64,000 nucleotides of DNA from Candidatus Argoarchaeum ethanivorans (GTDB lineage: Archaea; Halobacteriota; Methanosarcinia; Methanosarcinales; EX4572-44), in assembly GCA_905067555.1 (NCBI GenBank), contig CAJHIS010000002.1:3900-67899 (forward strand), in the 5' to 3' direction. Position numbers and translations under genes: made by a program. The notes under the pieces were generated by a model. It had not been told where the DNA came from. It was given only the letters and a program-made list of their open reading frames with translations, and did no database searches. This document shows, one piece after another, positions 52,625-62,234 of the stretch; the stretch's first letter is position 1, and each line of letters begins with the position of its first letter.

Positions 52625-55447
52625 TTATCTGTATCCTATATATGATTTTTGTTCTTTTGGTTTACCGCCTTTAAACTGGTCTTTGAGGCGTTCATAGTAA
52701 TCCATTATGTTCTCTGCAAGACTTGGGCGTACTTTTTTGAGTGCTTCTCTGAAGTGTTCCATTTCTATTTTTTCCGTGTTTATATTTTCTCTTAAAGCCA
52801 ACATTACTGCTTCTCTGCAGACTGCCTCTATGTCTGCTCCCGTATAGCCCTCTGTTACCTCTTTAAGCTCTTCGAAATCAACATCACTTGAAAGCGGTGT
52901 GTCTCTGGTATGTATCTTAAATATCTCAAGACGTCCTGTTTTAGATGGTGATTCAAGCAGCACCATTCGATCAAAGCGTCCGGAGCGTATTAATGCAGGG
53001 TCTATAATATCAGGACGATTGGTGGCTGCTATGATAATCACATCTTCAAGTACTTCAAGACCATCAATCTCAGTTAGCAATTGGTTGACCATTCTTTCAG
53101 TTGCTCTGTTGGTTTCGCTGCCACGTACCTGAGCTATAGCATCAATCTCATCAAAGAAGATAATCGATGGCGAGACCTGTTTTGCTTTTTTGAATATGTT
53201 TCTAATGGCCTTCTCAGACTCTCCCATCCACTTGGATAGCAGTTGTGGTCCACGTATGCTGATAAAATTGGCTGCTGTCTCGTTTGCTACCGCTTTTGCA
53301 ATAAGTGTTTTGCCTGTACCGGGAGGTCCATAAAGGAGAATTCCTTTTGGTGGGCGAATACCCATTTTTTTGAATTTTTCAGGCTGTGTAAGTGGCCATT
53401 CAACCGTTTCAAGTATTTCCTGCCGTACTTTTTCGAGACCGCCAACGTCCTTCCATGTGTTTGTTGGAATTTCAATCAGTGCTTCCCGCATGGCTGATGG
53501 TTCAACTTCTTTTAGTGCATCATCAAAATCCTTTTGTACAACTCTCATGCTTTCAAGAAGCTCTTTTGGTATTTCTTCATCAAGGTTTATCTGTGGAAGG
53601 TATCTGTGCAGTGCATTCATCGCTGCTTCTTTGGCAAGGGCCGAAACATCTGCACCAACAAAACCATGTGTTGTTGAGGCGAGGTGGTCTAACATGGCGG
53701 CTGTTGAGTCTTCAATGACCTTTTTGATATATTCTGGCGAGACCACATTTAGGTCTAACAGTGTCTCTTTGATTTTTCGTATTTTTTCGTCCTTTTGTTG
53801 TAGTATTTTATCCGGAAATGTGTTTCTGATGTCTTCAGGTTCTCTGATGCTTTTAATGTGTTTGATTTCGCTTATGTCTGCTGCTATGGATTCTAGTATG
53901 CTTTTTTTCTCTTTTATTGCTTCATTTATTTCATTGATAGCAGCTATGTCTTTCTCCAATTTTTTAATATCGTTTTTATTATTCTCTATTTCTTTTTCTA
54001 AATCTTCAATCCTGGATTTCAGATGCTTTATCTGACCCTGCTTATTACTTATCACACTTAAAATTCTCTGAATTAACGGACCTTCAGCCTTTACCCTCTC
54101 CTCCTCCAATCTCTCAAGTTCACCTTTAATCTCCTTTAACTCACGCTCAATATCACTCTTCTCCAATTCAAGAGACTCTATCTTAGAAATATTCTTAGAG
54201 ATGCGCACAGTAGAATTTTTCTCAAAAGATGATAGTTCCTCCAAAAGCACCTTTGCTACAACATCCTTTTCCCAGTGATAAATAGGCATCCCTTGCGTGT
54301 GTATCTGGAATATTTCTTTTCGTTCTTCTCTATTAGGCACGCCGATTTCTATTTCACGATCAAATCTGCCTGGTCTCCGAAGTGCAGGATCTACTGCATC
54401 GATTCGGTTGGTAGCACCGATTACCACCACTTCTCCCCGTTCCTCAAGACCGTCCATCATCGTTAGAAGCTGAGCCACAACACGCCTCTCTACTTCACCT
54501 GTCACTTCTTCTCTTTTTGGTGCTATTGAATCGAGCTCGTCTATGAAGATTATGGCTGGAGCATTCTGGCTTGCTTCTTCAAATATTTCACGCATGTTAT
54601 GTTCGCTCTCGCCATAGTATTTGGACATTATTTCAGGTCCTGCTATAGATATAAAATGTGCACCAGATTCGTTCGCTACCGCCTTTGCAATAAGTGTTTT
54701 GCCTGTGCCGGAAGGCCCATGTAGTAGAATACCTTTTGGAGGCTCAATGCCAAGTTTGTTGAATATCTCGGGGTGTTTCATCGGCAGCTCTATCATCTCA
54801 CGCACCCGCTGTATTTCTTTACTTAAGCCGCCGACGTCTTCATAAGTTATGCCAGTAGCCATGCTTTCAAAACCACTAATGGGCTTTTCATGCAGTATCA
54901 GCTCTGTTTCACTGGTGATTAATACTACTCCATCCGGCACTGTTTCTGCAGCTATAAGAGGTATAGCTTGTCCTGTTACTACTCGTCCAAGGAAAGGATG
55001 TTCCATAGTGCTCATCACAGGTATTACATCACCTCTGGCTATCGGTCGCTTCAATACTTGTTTTTTAACCATCCCGGGAGCGTCCCCGCCAAACTGAATT
55101 CTTGCACCCTCGGTTGGGGCAAGTACTACTTTTACTGCATCATGAACATCGGCTTTTTGCACTTTGACAACATCACCAATACTTGCTTCAGCGTTCTGTC
55201 GTATGAATCCATCTACACGGATAGTCCCCTGGTCCCAGTCTGTTCTATCTGCTCGCCATACTTTTGCACCAGTGATTTTTTTACCCACTATTTCGATGAT
55301 GTCTCCAGGCGAAAGCTTGAGGGTGAGCAGGGTCTGGGGATCAAGTCTTGCAATACCTCGACCTGAATCATTTGGATATGCTTTTGCAATTTTAAGTTTA
55401 ATTTGTTGAATATGGCATTCCTCCTGAGATGTAAATATATAACTCAA
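52625..55447 (-). CDS. cdc48: CDC48/VCP AAA+ ATPase with large coiled-coil insertion
   Basis: [11 protein letters not shown]-domain, two AAA modules ([16 protein letters not shown]), C-terminal YIGYR. Confidence 0.95.
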   Translation of the reverse strand: MSYIFTSQEECHIQQIKLKIAKAYPNDSGRGIARLDPQTLLTLKLSPGDIIEIVGKKITGAKVWRADRTDWDQGTIRVDGFIRQNAEASIGDVVKVQKADVHDAVKVVLAPTEGARIQFGGDAPGMVKKQVLKRPIARGDVIPVMSTMEHPFLGRVVTGQAIPLIAAETVPDGVVLITSETELILHEKPISGFESMATGITYEDVGGLSKEIQRVREMIELPMKHPEIFNKLGIEPPKGILLHGPSGTGKTLIAKAVANESGAHFISIAGPEIMSKYYGESEHNMREIFEEASQNAPAIIFIDELDSIAPKREEVTGEVERRVVAQLLTMMDGLEERGEVVVIGATNRIDAVDPALRRPGRFDREIEIGVPNREERKEIFQIHTQGMPIYHWEKDVVAKVLLEELSSFEKNSTVRISKNISKIESLELEKSDIERELKEIKGELERLEEERVKAEGPLIQRILSVISNKQGQIKHLKSRIEDLEKEIENNKNDIKKLEKDIAAINEINEAIKEKKSILESIAADISEIKHIKSIREPEDIRNTFPDKILQQKDEKIRKIKETLLDLNVVSPEYIKKVIEDSTAAMLDHLASTTHGFVGADVSALAKEAAMNALHRYLPQINLDEEIPKELLESMRVVQKDFDDALKEVEPSAMREALIEIPTNTWKDVGGLEKVRQEILETVEWPLTQPEKFKKMGIRPPKGILLYGPPGTGKTLIAKAVANETAANFISIRGPQLLSKWMGESEKAIRNIFKKAKQVSPSIIFFDEIDAIAQVRGSETNRATERMVNQLLTEIDGLEVLEDVIIIAATNRPDIIDPALIRSGRFDRMVLLESPSKTGRLEIFKIHTRDTPLSSDVDFEELKEVTEGYTGADIEAVCREAVMLALRENINTEKIEMEHFREALKKVRPSLAENIMDYYERLKDQFKGGKPKEQKSYIGYR

Positions 55448-55498
55448 TCATGTACTACATTATATATATTATTTTCTTTTATAGCTTCACACGTGAGG

Positions 55499-55540
55499 CT
55501 GTCAAATCAGGTTTAAGAGTTCCGGTTTCTAATTTGACAG
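55499..55540. mobile_element. possible MITE/IS-end scar
   Basis: ctgtcaaatcag ... ctaatttgacag inverted pair; lone copy ggctgtcaaattag at ~48028. Confidence 0.35.
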
Positions 55541-55942
55541 GTCTTTTTTGTTCTATTGAGGCTTCTTTGGTTTTGTCATGGAAAGGTGTATTGCCTAAGC
55601 AGACCTAAAATTTTTATCTGGTTTTTTGTAATTATATTAGTCTGATCCAGTCGAAAATGTGGGTAGTGTACCAACTTTCGTGACCTATCACAATTTTCCA
55701 TTTTTTTATGCGCCCTACTGGTAGTGATTTTGAATGACACATCAAAATTATGTAAAATCGCCATCAATCCCAATGATTGTTAATTCAACGTCATGGTTTG
55801 TGGGACACTACCATTTAATGGGTTCCACAGGTACTGGAAAAATGAAAAACGTACGCAGCCTTTTCGAGAACTGCAGAATCAGAAAAAAAATAAAAAAAAT
55901 AAAAAATGGATGTACAGTTTATATCAAGATAGTTATACTGCT

Positions 55943-56074
55943 TCAGTTAACTGCTATGCCTGTTGCGCCATAGGAGCTGCCTGAGACTTTAACATCCGTT
56001 GAGTCACAACTTGGGCATTTTGTCTCATCACTGTACCATATTTTTCCGCATTTTTTACAATATCTTCGTGCCAT
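55943..56074 (-). CDS. 43-aa zinc-ribbon microprotein
   Basis: Not in ORF track: GGAGGT RBS; MARRYCKKCGKIWYSDETKCPSCDSTDVKVSGSSYGATGIAVN. Confidence 0.75.
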   Translation of the reverse strand: MARRYCKKCGKIWYSDETKCPSCDSTDVKVSGSSYGATGIAVN

Positions 56075-56387
56075 CTACTTTACCTCCCATTATCAGGGCA
56101 TATTATCATTATCGTTAATGGTATATAAGGATTATCCATTATAAATAATGAATAACTATTATAATAATTATTCATAACATTAACAGGTCTAACGCATATC
56201 GAAATAATAGCACAGTCGAATTTTTTAGTGAAATTATTAAATCCTTAAATTTCACCAAGCAGAGCACAACAGAAAATGGGAGGGACACCAGAGACCTGAG
56301 CAATGATCGAAACTGTCCTTGAACTCTGTGTGCTATTGCGATTCTAAGCGATGATAAACACCCGGATTTTTAGATAGTGCAGAAATA

Positions 56388-56948
56388 TTATCTTACTGCC
56401 GACAACGCTGTTATAATCATTTCTTTGTATCTTGTCAGATCTGTTTGATAGTGTGCTGATGCCTGCCTGGCTACTGGATTCTCTTTATCATTGAGTCGTT
56501 GTAGTGTCTGATGTGCAGTATCTACTATCCACTGGTCTATGGTGTCCTCTTCGATTACCTGAATTGTCTCAGGTCGCACAGACGTCATAATTGCTCCTTC
56601 TGGTGTAGTGTAGATGTTCGGTTTGCCGATAACTGCTACAAAACCTGGCGGTTCTATTCTAACGACTGCATCTGCTGCTTCCTGTTGATACTGCCCTGCA
56701 TATATGAAAAACGCTCCTGTTGGGTCAGTGATCCTGGCTCGCCAGTATTCTGTTTCATTCCCGATGTTCTCTTTTTCTATCAGGGTGCCGGTGATGTAGA
56801 GTCTGTTAATCCTGGCTCCTGTTTGCGTAATAAGGTATTGTTTTGAGTACTGGTCATCTTCTTCTTTGTATGTGAGGTTTGATTCCTGCAGTTCTTGCGC
56901 AAATATGCGTTTTGCTGGTTCTCGTACATATTGCAGATTTTCTTCCAT
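56388..56948 (-). CDS. RPA-associated OB-fold protein (COG3390-like)
   Basis: REPAKRIFAQEL, TGARINR, DPTGAFFIYAGQYQ, SVRPE. Confidence 0.88.
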   Translation of the reverse strand: MEENLQYVREPAKRIFAQELQESNLTYKEEDDQYSKQYLITQTGARINRLYITGTLIEKENIGNETEYWRARITDPTGAFFIYAGQYQQEAADAVVRIEPPGFVAVIGKPNIYTTPEGAIMTSVRPETIQVIEEDTIDQWIVDTAHQTLQRLNDKENPVARQASAHYQTDLTRYKEMIITALSAVR

Positions 56949-58262
56949 TTACAACGCCTCCTCGTTCGTGTTTTTGGATTGCTCGATTGCTACGCAATCG
57001 AGAGTTGAGTGTGTAGTGCTGCCCTCTGTTTGCGTTGTATGCAGTTGTGATAGAAGTTCATCCACTGCCTCTTTTGTTATCTTTGGTAATGCTTTTATCT
57101 CACTCACTATCAGGTGTCGATCAATCTTTGTTCCGATTATTGTATAATATCTACCGATGATTTTTGATTTTATTCTGTCTGTTACTATGTTGTGATCAAG
57201 TGCTTCTATTGCCATGTCTTTTGCTTCAACGAGAGTTATGTTTGTTAGTTCTTCGCTCAATTCTTTGTTTATGATAGCTTCCTGTGTGGTCTTACCATCG
57301 TCTATCACAGCTTTTATCCGAAGATCGTACACACCTTCGACCTTGCCGTGTTCAGTACAAACTCCTTTAGCTAGTGCCCTGTTGCATTCCGGACATCTTT
57401 TTATCAGTCCTGAGCCGTTTTGCACGTCAACGATAACACCTGTAAATTCTGCTGTTTGGATGCTTACTTCCACATCTTCTTCTATTTCAGTGATGCTTGT
57501 CGCTTTGTTCAGTTTTATACTATATCTGCCCTGCCAAACATCTGTTACTGCACTCTCTATTAGATAGGATTTGCCTTCCTCCAATGGTTCAGGAATTGTT
57601 ACTCCCTGAAATATGGTAAATCTTATAATTCCAGTTTCATCTCCAACAAGACCTACCTGAACAATAGATTCATTGTTTGCATCCCACAATTGAGTGACTT
57701 TTACCCTAAGAGTTACCCACTGCCCTTCCTGATTTATATCCTGTATGGATATGATATCGCCAGTGCCTACTTCCACATCTTCTTCTATTTCAGTGATGCC
57801 TGTCGCTTTGTTCATGTTTATCTGGTATTTGTCCTGCCAAACACCTGTTACTGCCGTTTTTACCAGGTAGGATTTGCCTTCCTCCAATGGTTCAGGAATT
57901 GTTACTCCCTGGAACATGGTAAATTTTATAATTCCAGTTTCATCTCCAACAAGACCTACCTGAACGATTGATTCATTGTTTGCTTCCCACAATTGGACAA
58001 CTTTTACCTTGAGAGTTACCCACTGCCCTTCCTGGTTTATGTCTTGTATAGCTGTGATGTCATTTGTAGAACCAGCATAGTACTGGCTTCTATCAATATC
58101 ATGTTCTTTCAGAAAATAATTAACCACGCTTCGTTTAGCTTCTCCAATTGGCACTTTAAATTCACTCGTTAGTTTCTCAAGTCGTTCCCCAGTTTCCTTT
58201 TCAGACAACTCTACTCCAAGTTGTGAAAACCGATTTACTATTTCTTGAACTGTATTTGACAT
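56949..58262 (-). CDS. rpa: replication protein A with zinc finger and duplicated OB fold
   Basis: Two near-identical QVGLVGDETG OB repeats; GSGLIKRCPECNR...CTEHG, DLRIKAVIDDG. Confidence 0.92.
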   Translation of the reverse strand: MSNTVQEIVNRFSQLGVELSEKETGERLEKLTSEFKVPIGEAKRSVVNYFLKEHDIDRSQYYAGSTNDITAIQDINQEGQWVTLKVKVVQLWEANNESIVQVGLVGDETGIIKFTMFQGVTIPEPLEEGKSYLVKTAVTGVWQDKYQINMNKATGITEIEEDVEVGTGDIISIQDINQEGQWVTLRVKVTQLWDANNESIVQVGLVGDETGIIRFTIFQGVTIPEPLEEGKSYLIESAVTDVWQGRYSIKLNKATSITEIEEDVEVSIQTAEFTGVIVDVQNGSGLIKRCPECNRALAKGVCTEHGKVEGVYDLRIKAVIDDGKTTQEAIINKELSEELTNITLVEAKDMAIEALDHNIVTDRIKSKIIGRYYTIIGTKIDRHLIVSEIKALPKITKEAVDELLSQLHTTQTEGSTTHSTLDCVAIEQSKNTNEEAL

Positions 58263-58286
58263 AATTTCGATCTCCTTTGTTTAACT

Positions 58287-59246
58287 CTAAGATGATTTTA
58301 TATGTTCATATCCTTTATCATTCAGGCACTCTATAATAATCTTGCCTGCTGAAACTGTCTTCTCAAGAACAATACCTTTTTCTACCACGTCTCCAATCAC
58401 TGTAAAATCAACTTTTTTCTGAAGCTCTGCCACTTTATCCTTTTGAACAGTAAATAACAGCTCAAAATCACCACCTTCATACAGACTCAGTGATAACGCC
58501 TCTTCCTTGGAAAATAGCTGTTTGATATCTTTGTTAACTGGTATTTTTTCGGCACTTATGCTAAATCCTATGTTGTTGTTTGCACGCGACAACTCATGCA
58601 ATGATGCAGCCAAACCATCGCTAATATCTATCATAGCAGTAGCCATTTTAGTCTTACCAATAATAATAGCTTCAGTGATTCTTGGTACTGGCTCAAACAG
58701 TCGGCAGGCTACTTTTTCAGGGCACCTCATGTCGTGCGTTAGTGCAAATAGTGCAGCACCAGCCCCGCCAAGACTTCCTGTCACGCACACAACATCACCA
58801 ACTTTAATCCCGGTTCTGTAAATGATATTTGAAGGATTTACCTTTCCAAGTGCTGTTCCAACAATGGTAAGCTCACTATGACTGTCTATATCGCCTCCAA
58901 TAACCTTGCATGAAACAGTATCTGCACAGGCTGTAATACCCTCCATCATTTCATCAACAAGATTGACGGTTGTGGACTCTGGTAAGCCTAAAGAAAAAAG
59001 TAGTCCCACAGGCTTTGCGCCCATCGCTGCAACATCACTGAGATTTACTGCAGCACTCATCCATCCGATTTGATACCAGCTCATCTGTTCTGGAAAATCA
59101 GTTTTTCGATGAAGCATATCAGTACTTACAACAAGGAATTCGCTCCCGCATTCAATAACAGCACAATCGTCTCCAGCAGTTGTATTTTTTAACAGTGCTG
59201 AAATGTGTTCAACAAGAAGCCGTTCGCCAAGTTCAACAATGCGCAT
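58287..59246 (-). CDS. thiL: thiamine-monophosphate kinase
   Basis: GDDCA, NLSDVAAMG, DISDGL, GGDFELLF. Confidence 0.95.
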   Translation of the reverse strand: MRIVELGERLLVEHISALLKNTTAGDDCAVIECGSEFLVVSTDMLHRKTDFPEQMSWYQIGWMSAAVNLSDVAAMGAKPVGLLFSLGLPESTTVNLVDEMMEGITACADTVSCKVIGGDIDSHSELTIVGTALGKVNPSNIIYRTGIKVGDVVCVTGSLGGAGAALFALTHDMRCPEKVACRLFEPVPRITEAIIIGKTKMATAMIDISDGLAASLHELSRANNNIGFSISAEKIPVNKDIKQLFSKEEALSLSLYEGGDFELLFTVQKDKVAELQKKVDFTVIGDVVEKGIVLEKTVSAGKIIIECLNDKGYEHIKSS

Positions 59247-59350
59247 CAGGTAAAGTGATGTACACCATCAATAATATATCTTGCCAGGGAATCAATTTCC
59301 ACCCACAAAGATTATTAGTAGGCAGGCATATAAGTTTGATGTCGGCACCA

Positions 59351-59413
59351 CTGCACAACTTCGTTGTGCAGAGATACAAATAACCTTTGACTCTTGATTA
59401 CGAAGCAATCGAG
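59351..59413. repeat. REP-like cluster directly upstream of tRNA-Cys
   Basis: ctgcacaac-ttc-gttgtgcag; cttgattac-gaa-gcaatcgag. Confidence 0.85.
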
Positions 59414-59417
59414 TCGC

Positions 59418-59489
59418 GCCAAGGTGGCGGAGTGGCTACGCTATCGCCTGCAGAGCGATCACATTCCGGTTCGAATCCGGACCTTGGCT
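59418..59489 (+). tRNA. tRNA-Cys(GCA)
   Basis: GCCAAGG stem, ATCGC-CT-GCA-GA-GCGAT, CCGGTTCGAATCCGG. Confidence 0.96.
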
Positions 59490-59524
59490 TTCACTTAAAG
59501 ATTTTTATTTAATTTGGATAGTTA

Positions 59525-61612
59525 ATGTCTGCACATTCATCACCACAGAAGTGGAAAGAATTCTTAAAGTCATCCTACAAAGATGAAATTACCAATCTTG
59601 CTGAAGAGTATCCTGATGTTAGAAGTCTTAGTATATCTTTTTTTGACATAGAACAGTTCGATCCGGAACTGGCAGATGAACTTCTAAACTTCCCGGATGA
59701 GGTGCTAAGAGACGCCAAACAAGCACTACTTGATATTGGTGATACGAAAGGAGTTGATTTTTCAAAAGCTCACCTGCGAGTAAGAGATCTTGCATCACAC
59801 GTTCGGATACGCAGCATTCGAAGTAATCATATCGGAAAACTGATTGCGGTTGAAGGGTTGATTCGAAAAGCTACTGAGGTACGCCCAAAGATCACCCGTG
59901 CAGTATTCCACTGCCCTTATGAACACGAGACAGTGGTTATGCAGGGTGAGAAATTCGTAGAGCCTTATGAATGTGATGATGCCAACTGCTCCCGAAAAAA
60001 AGGACCTTTTATTCTCTCGAAAGAAAAATCCACTTTTCTGGATGCACAAAAGATTCGCATACAGGAATCACCGGAAGGTCTTAGAGGTGGTGAGCAGCCG
60101 CAGACACTCGACGTTCTTGTAGTTGATGACCTTGCTGGAATAACTGCTCCCGGGGATCGCATAATTATTACAGGGGTGCTTCGCTCTTACCAGCGCGTAA
60201 ATTACAACACCAAAACCACATTCTTTGACATAGTGCTTGATGGCTTATCCATCGATGTGGAAGACAAGGAATTCGAGGATATCGTACTATCATCTGAAGA
60301 CATTGAAATGATAAAAACTCTTGCCGCTGACACCGGGATTTATGAGAAAATGATACGAAGCATAGCTCCGAGCATCTATGGCTACAGTGAAGTAAAAGAA
60401 GCAATATCCCTTCAACTGATGAGCGGTGTATCCAAGAAACTTCCGGACGGCTCACGGATCAGAGGTGATATTCATATACTGCTTATCGGAGACCCTGGCA
60501 TTGCAAAATCACAGCTTCTACGATACACTGTCAAAATTGCACCCCGTGGTATTTATACAAGCGGTAAAAGCTCAACATCGGCAGGGCTTACAGCCGCAGC
60601 AGTAAAGGATGAATTCGGAGATGGACGATGGACTCTTGAAGCCGGTGCATTAGTACTTGCAGATAAAGGAATTGCAGGTGTTGATGAAATGGATAAAATG
60701 AAGCCTGATGATCGTGCATCACTGCATGAAGCAATGGAACAACAAACCATAAGCATAGCAAAGGCAGGAATAATGGCGACCTTGCAATCCCGCTGCTCGC
60801 TGCTTGGTGCTGCAAACCCGAAATATGGACGCTTTGACCAGTATGACAACATCGCCAAACAAATAAACATGCCGCCAACACTTCTGTCGCGATTCGACCT
60901 GATATTTATTCTTACGGATAAGCCAACGATAGAACGAGACACGCAAATATCCAATCATATTTTAAAAGCACATTACGCGGGTGAACTTAGCATGCAGAAA
61001 GAACACGTCCCAAACTCAGGCATAACCAGTAAGCAGATAGAACATGCAATGAAAGTAATACAGCCAGAAATAGAGCCTGAACTGATGCGAAAATATATTG
61101 CCTACGCCAAACGCAACATTTATCCTCTTATGAGCGATGATGCCAGGGAAAAAATCATCAACTTCTATCTTGGACTCAGGAAACAGGGGGAAGACCCCAA
61201 TTCACCAGTTCCGGTTACTGCAAGGCAGCTTGAAGCTTTAGTAAGACTTGCAGAGTCGAGTGCACGTATCCGCCTGAGCAATGAAGTAAATGTAGATGAC
61301 ATAGAACGAGTGATACGCATAGTAACCACAAGCCTTGAGCAGGTGATGACAGACCCGGAGACTGGTATGCTTGATGCCGACATTATTTCTGTTGGTACAA
61401 GCAAAAGCCAGAGAGACAAAATACACATACTTAGAGATATAATAAGAGAGCTTCAGCATGCACATGATGGTGTAGCACCCCGTGAAGATGTGATAGAGCA
61501 TGCAGAAGAACAAGGTATTAATAGAGACAAGGTGGAAGACATACTATCAAAACTTAAGAACTCGGGAGAAATATACGAGCCTAAAAATGGATACGTTAAA
61601 ATATCGCAATAA
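59525..61612 (+). CDS. mcm: MCM replicative helicase
   Basis: GDPGIAKSQ, DEMDKM, LSRFD, TARQLE, C-terminal wHTH; no intein. Confidence 0.97.
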   Translation: MSAHSSPQKWKEFLKSSYKDEITNLAEEYPDVRSLSISFFDIEQFDPELADELLNFPDEVLRDAKQALLDIGDTKGVDFSKAHLRVRDLASHVRIRSIRSNHIGKLIAVEGLIRKATEVRPKITRAVFHCPYEHETVVMQGEKFVEPYECDDANCSRKKGPFILSKEKSTFLDAQKIRIQESPEGLRGGEQPQTLDVLVVDDLAGITAPGDRIIITGVLRSYQRVNYNTKTTFFDIVLDGLSIDVEDKEFEDIVLSSEDIEMIKTLAADTGIYEKMIRSIAPSIYGYSEVKEAISLQLMSGVSKKLPDGSRIRGDIHILLIGDPGIAKSQLLRYTVKIAPRGIYTSGKSSTSAGLTAAAVKDEFGDGRWTLEAGALVLADKGIAGVDEMDKMKPDDRASLHEAMEQQTISIAKAGIMATLQSRCSLLGAANPKYGRFDQYDNIAKQINMPPTLLSRFDLIFILTDKPTIERDTQISNHILKAHYAGELSMQKEHVPNSGITSKQIEHAMKVIQPEIEPELMRKYIAYAKRNIYPLMSDDAREKIINFYLGLRKQGEDPNSPVPVTARQLEALVRLAESSARIRLSNEVNVDDIERVIRIVTTSLEQVMTDPETGMLDADIISVGTSKSQRDKIHILRDIIRELQHAHDGVAPREDVIEHAEEQGINRDKVEDILSKLKNSGEIYEPKNGYVKISQ

Positions 61613-62234
61613 AGAAGGGTTATTCTTGTTTGAAATACCAGATAAAAAACAGCTCATTGATATAGCAGTAACCAAACACAGAAACCTGGTAGACCAGTAC
61701 ACCAGTGAATGTGAAGACATGAAAAGCAGTGAGATTTTATTGACAGAACAGATAAAGAAAGAAAAAGAAGAGCTTGCGGCACGCAGTAATCGAAAAGAAG
61801 TGTTGGAAGAGAAGAGAAAACTTTTGTGCTACCAGGCAGAAAAAATGCTGCAGCAACTGTTTGACATACTGCCAACAACAGAAAATACCGGGGCCGGTCA
61901 ATTGAAACAGATGCACAAAACACTCATCCAGAAAGGAATTGAGCTTGATAAAATAAAAAATTTACAAAAAGAGAGAGCACTGGTAGATGAAATAAAAACC
62001 GTGCTTGAAACAATACCACAAAATAATGAAGTGAGCAAAATAATTGCCTTAATAAACAAAAAATTTGAAGGCGTAGTTACTTCCCAGACAGAACTGCAAA
62101 CAATCTCCAACATCAAAGAACAAAAGACAGTCGATGAAACACAAATAAAGGACATCAGTGAAAAGATACTGTGGCTTAATGAACGAGTAAACGAACATGA
62201 ACAGGCATTATCTCACTGGCAGGGGGAGTTATAA
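61587..62234 (+). CDS. coiled-coil hypothetical protein
   Basis: Heptad-rich, E/K/Q-rich; adjacent to the next gene. Confidence 0.7.
   Translation: MDTLKYRNKEGLFLFEIPDKKQLIDIAVTKHRNLVDQYTSECEDMKSSEILLTEQIKKEKEELAARSNRKEVLEEKRKLLCYQAEKMLQQLFDILPTTENTGAGQLKQMHKTLIQKGIELDKIKNLQKERALVDEIKTVLETIPQNNEVSKIIALINKKFEGVVTSQTELQTISNIKEQKTVDETQIKDISEKILWLNERVNEHEQALSHWQGEL

Noticed and set aside
53695..54280. CDC48 insert as an intein
   Set aside because: No N-terminal Cys/Ser block, no His-Asn terminus and no LAGLIDADG motif; composition is coiled-coil.
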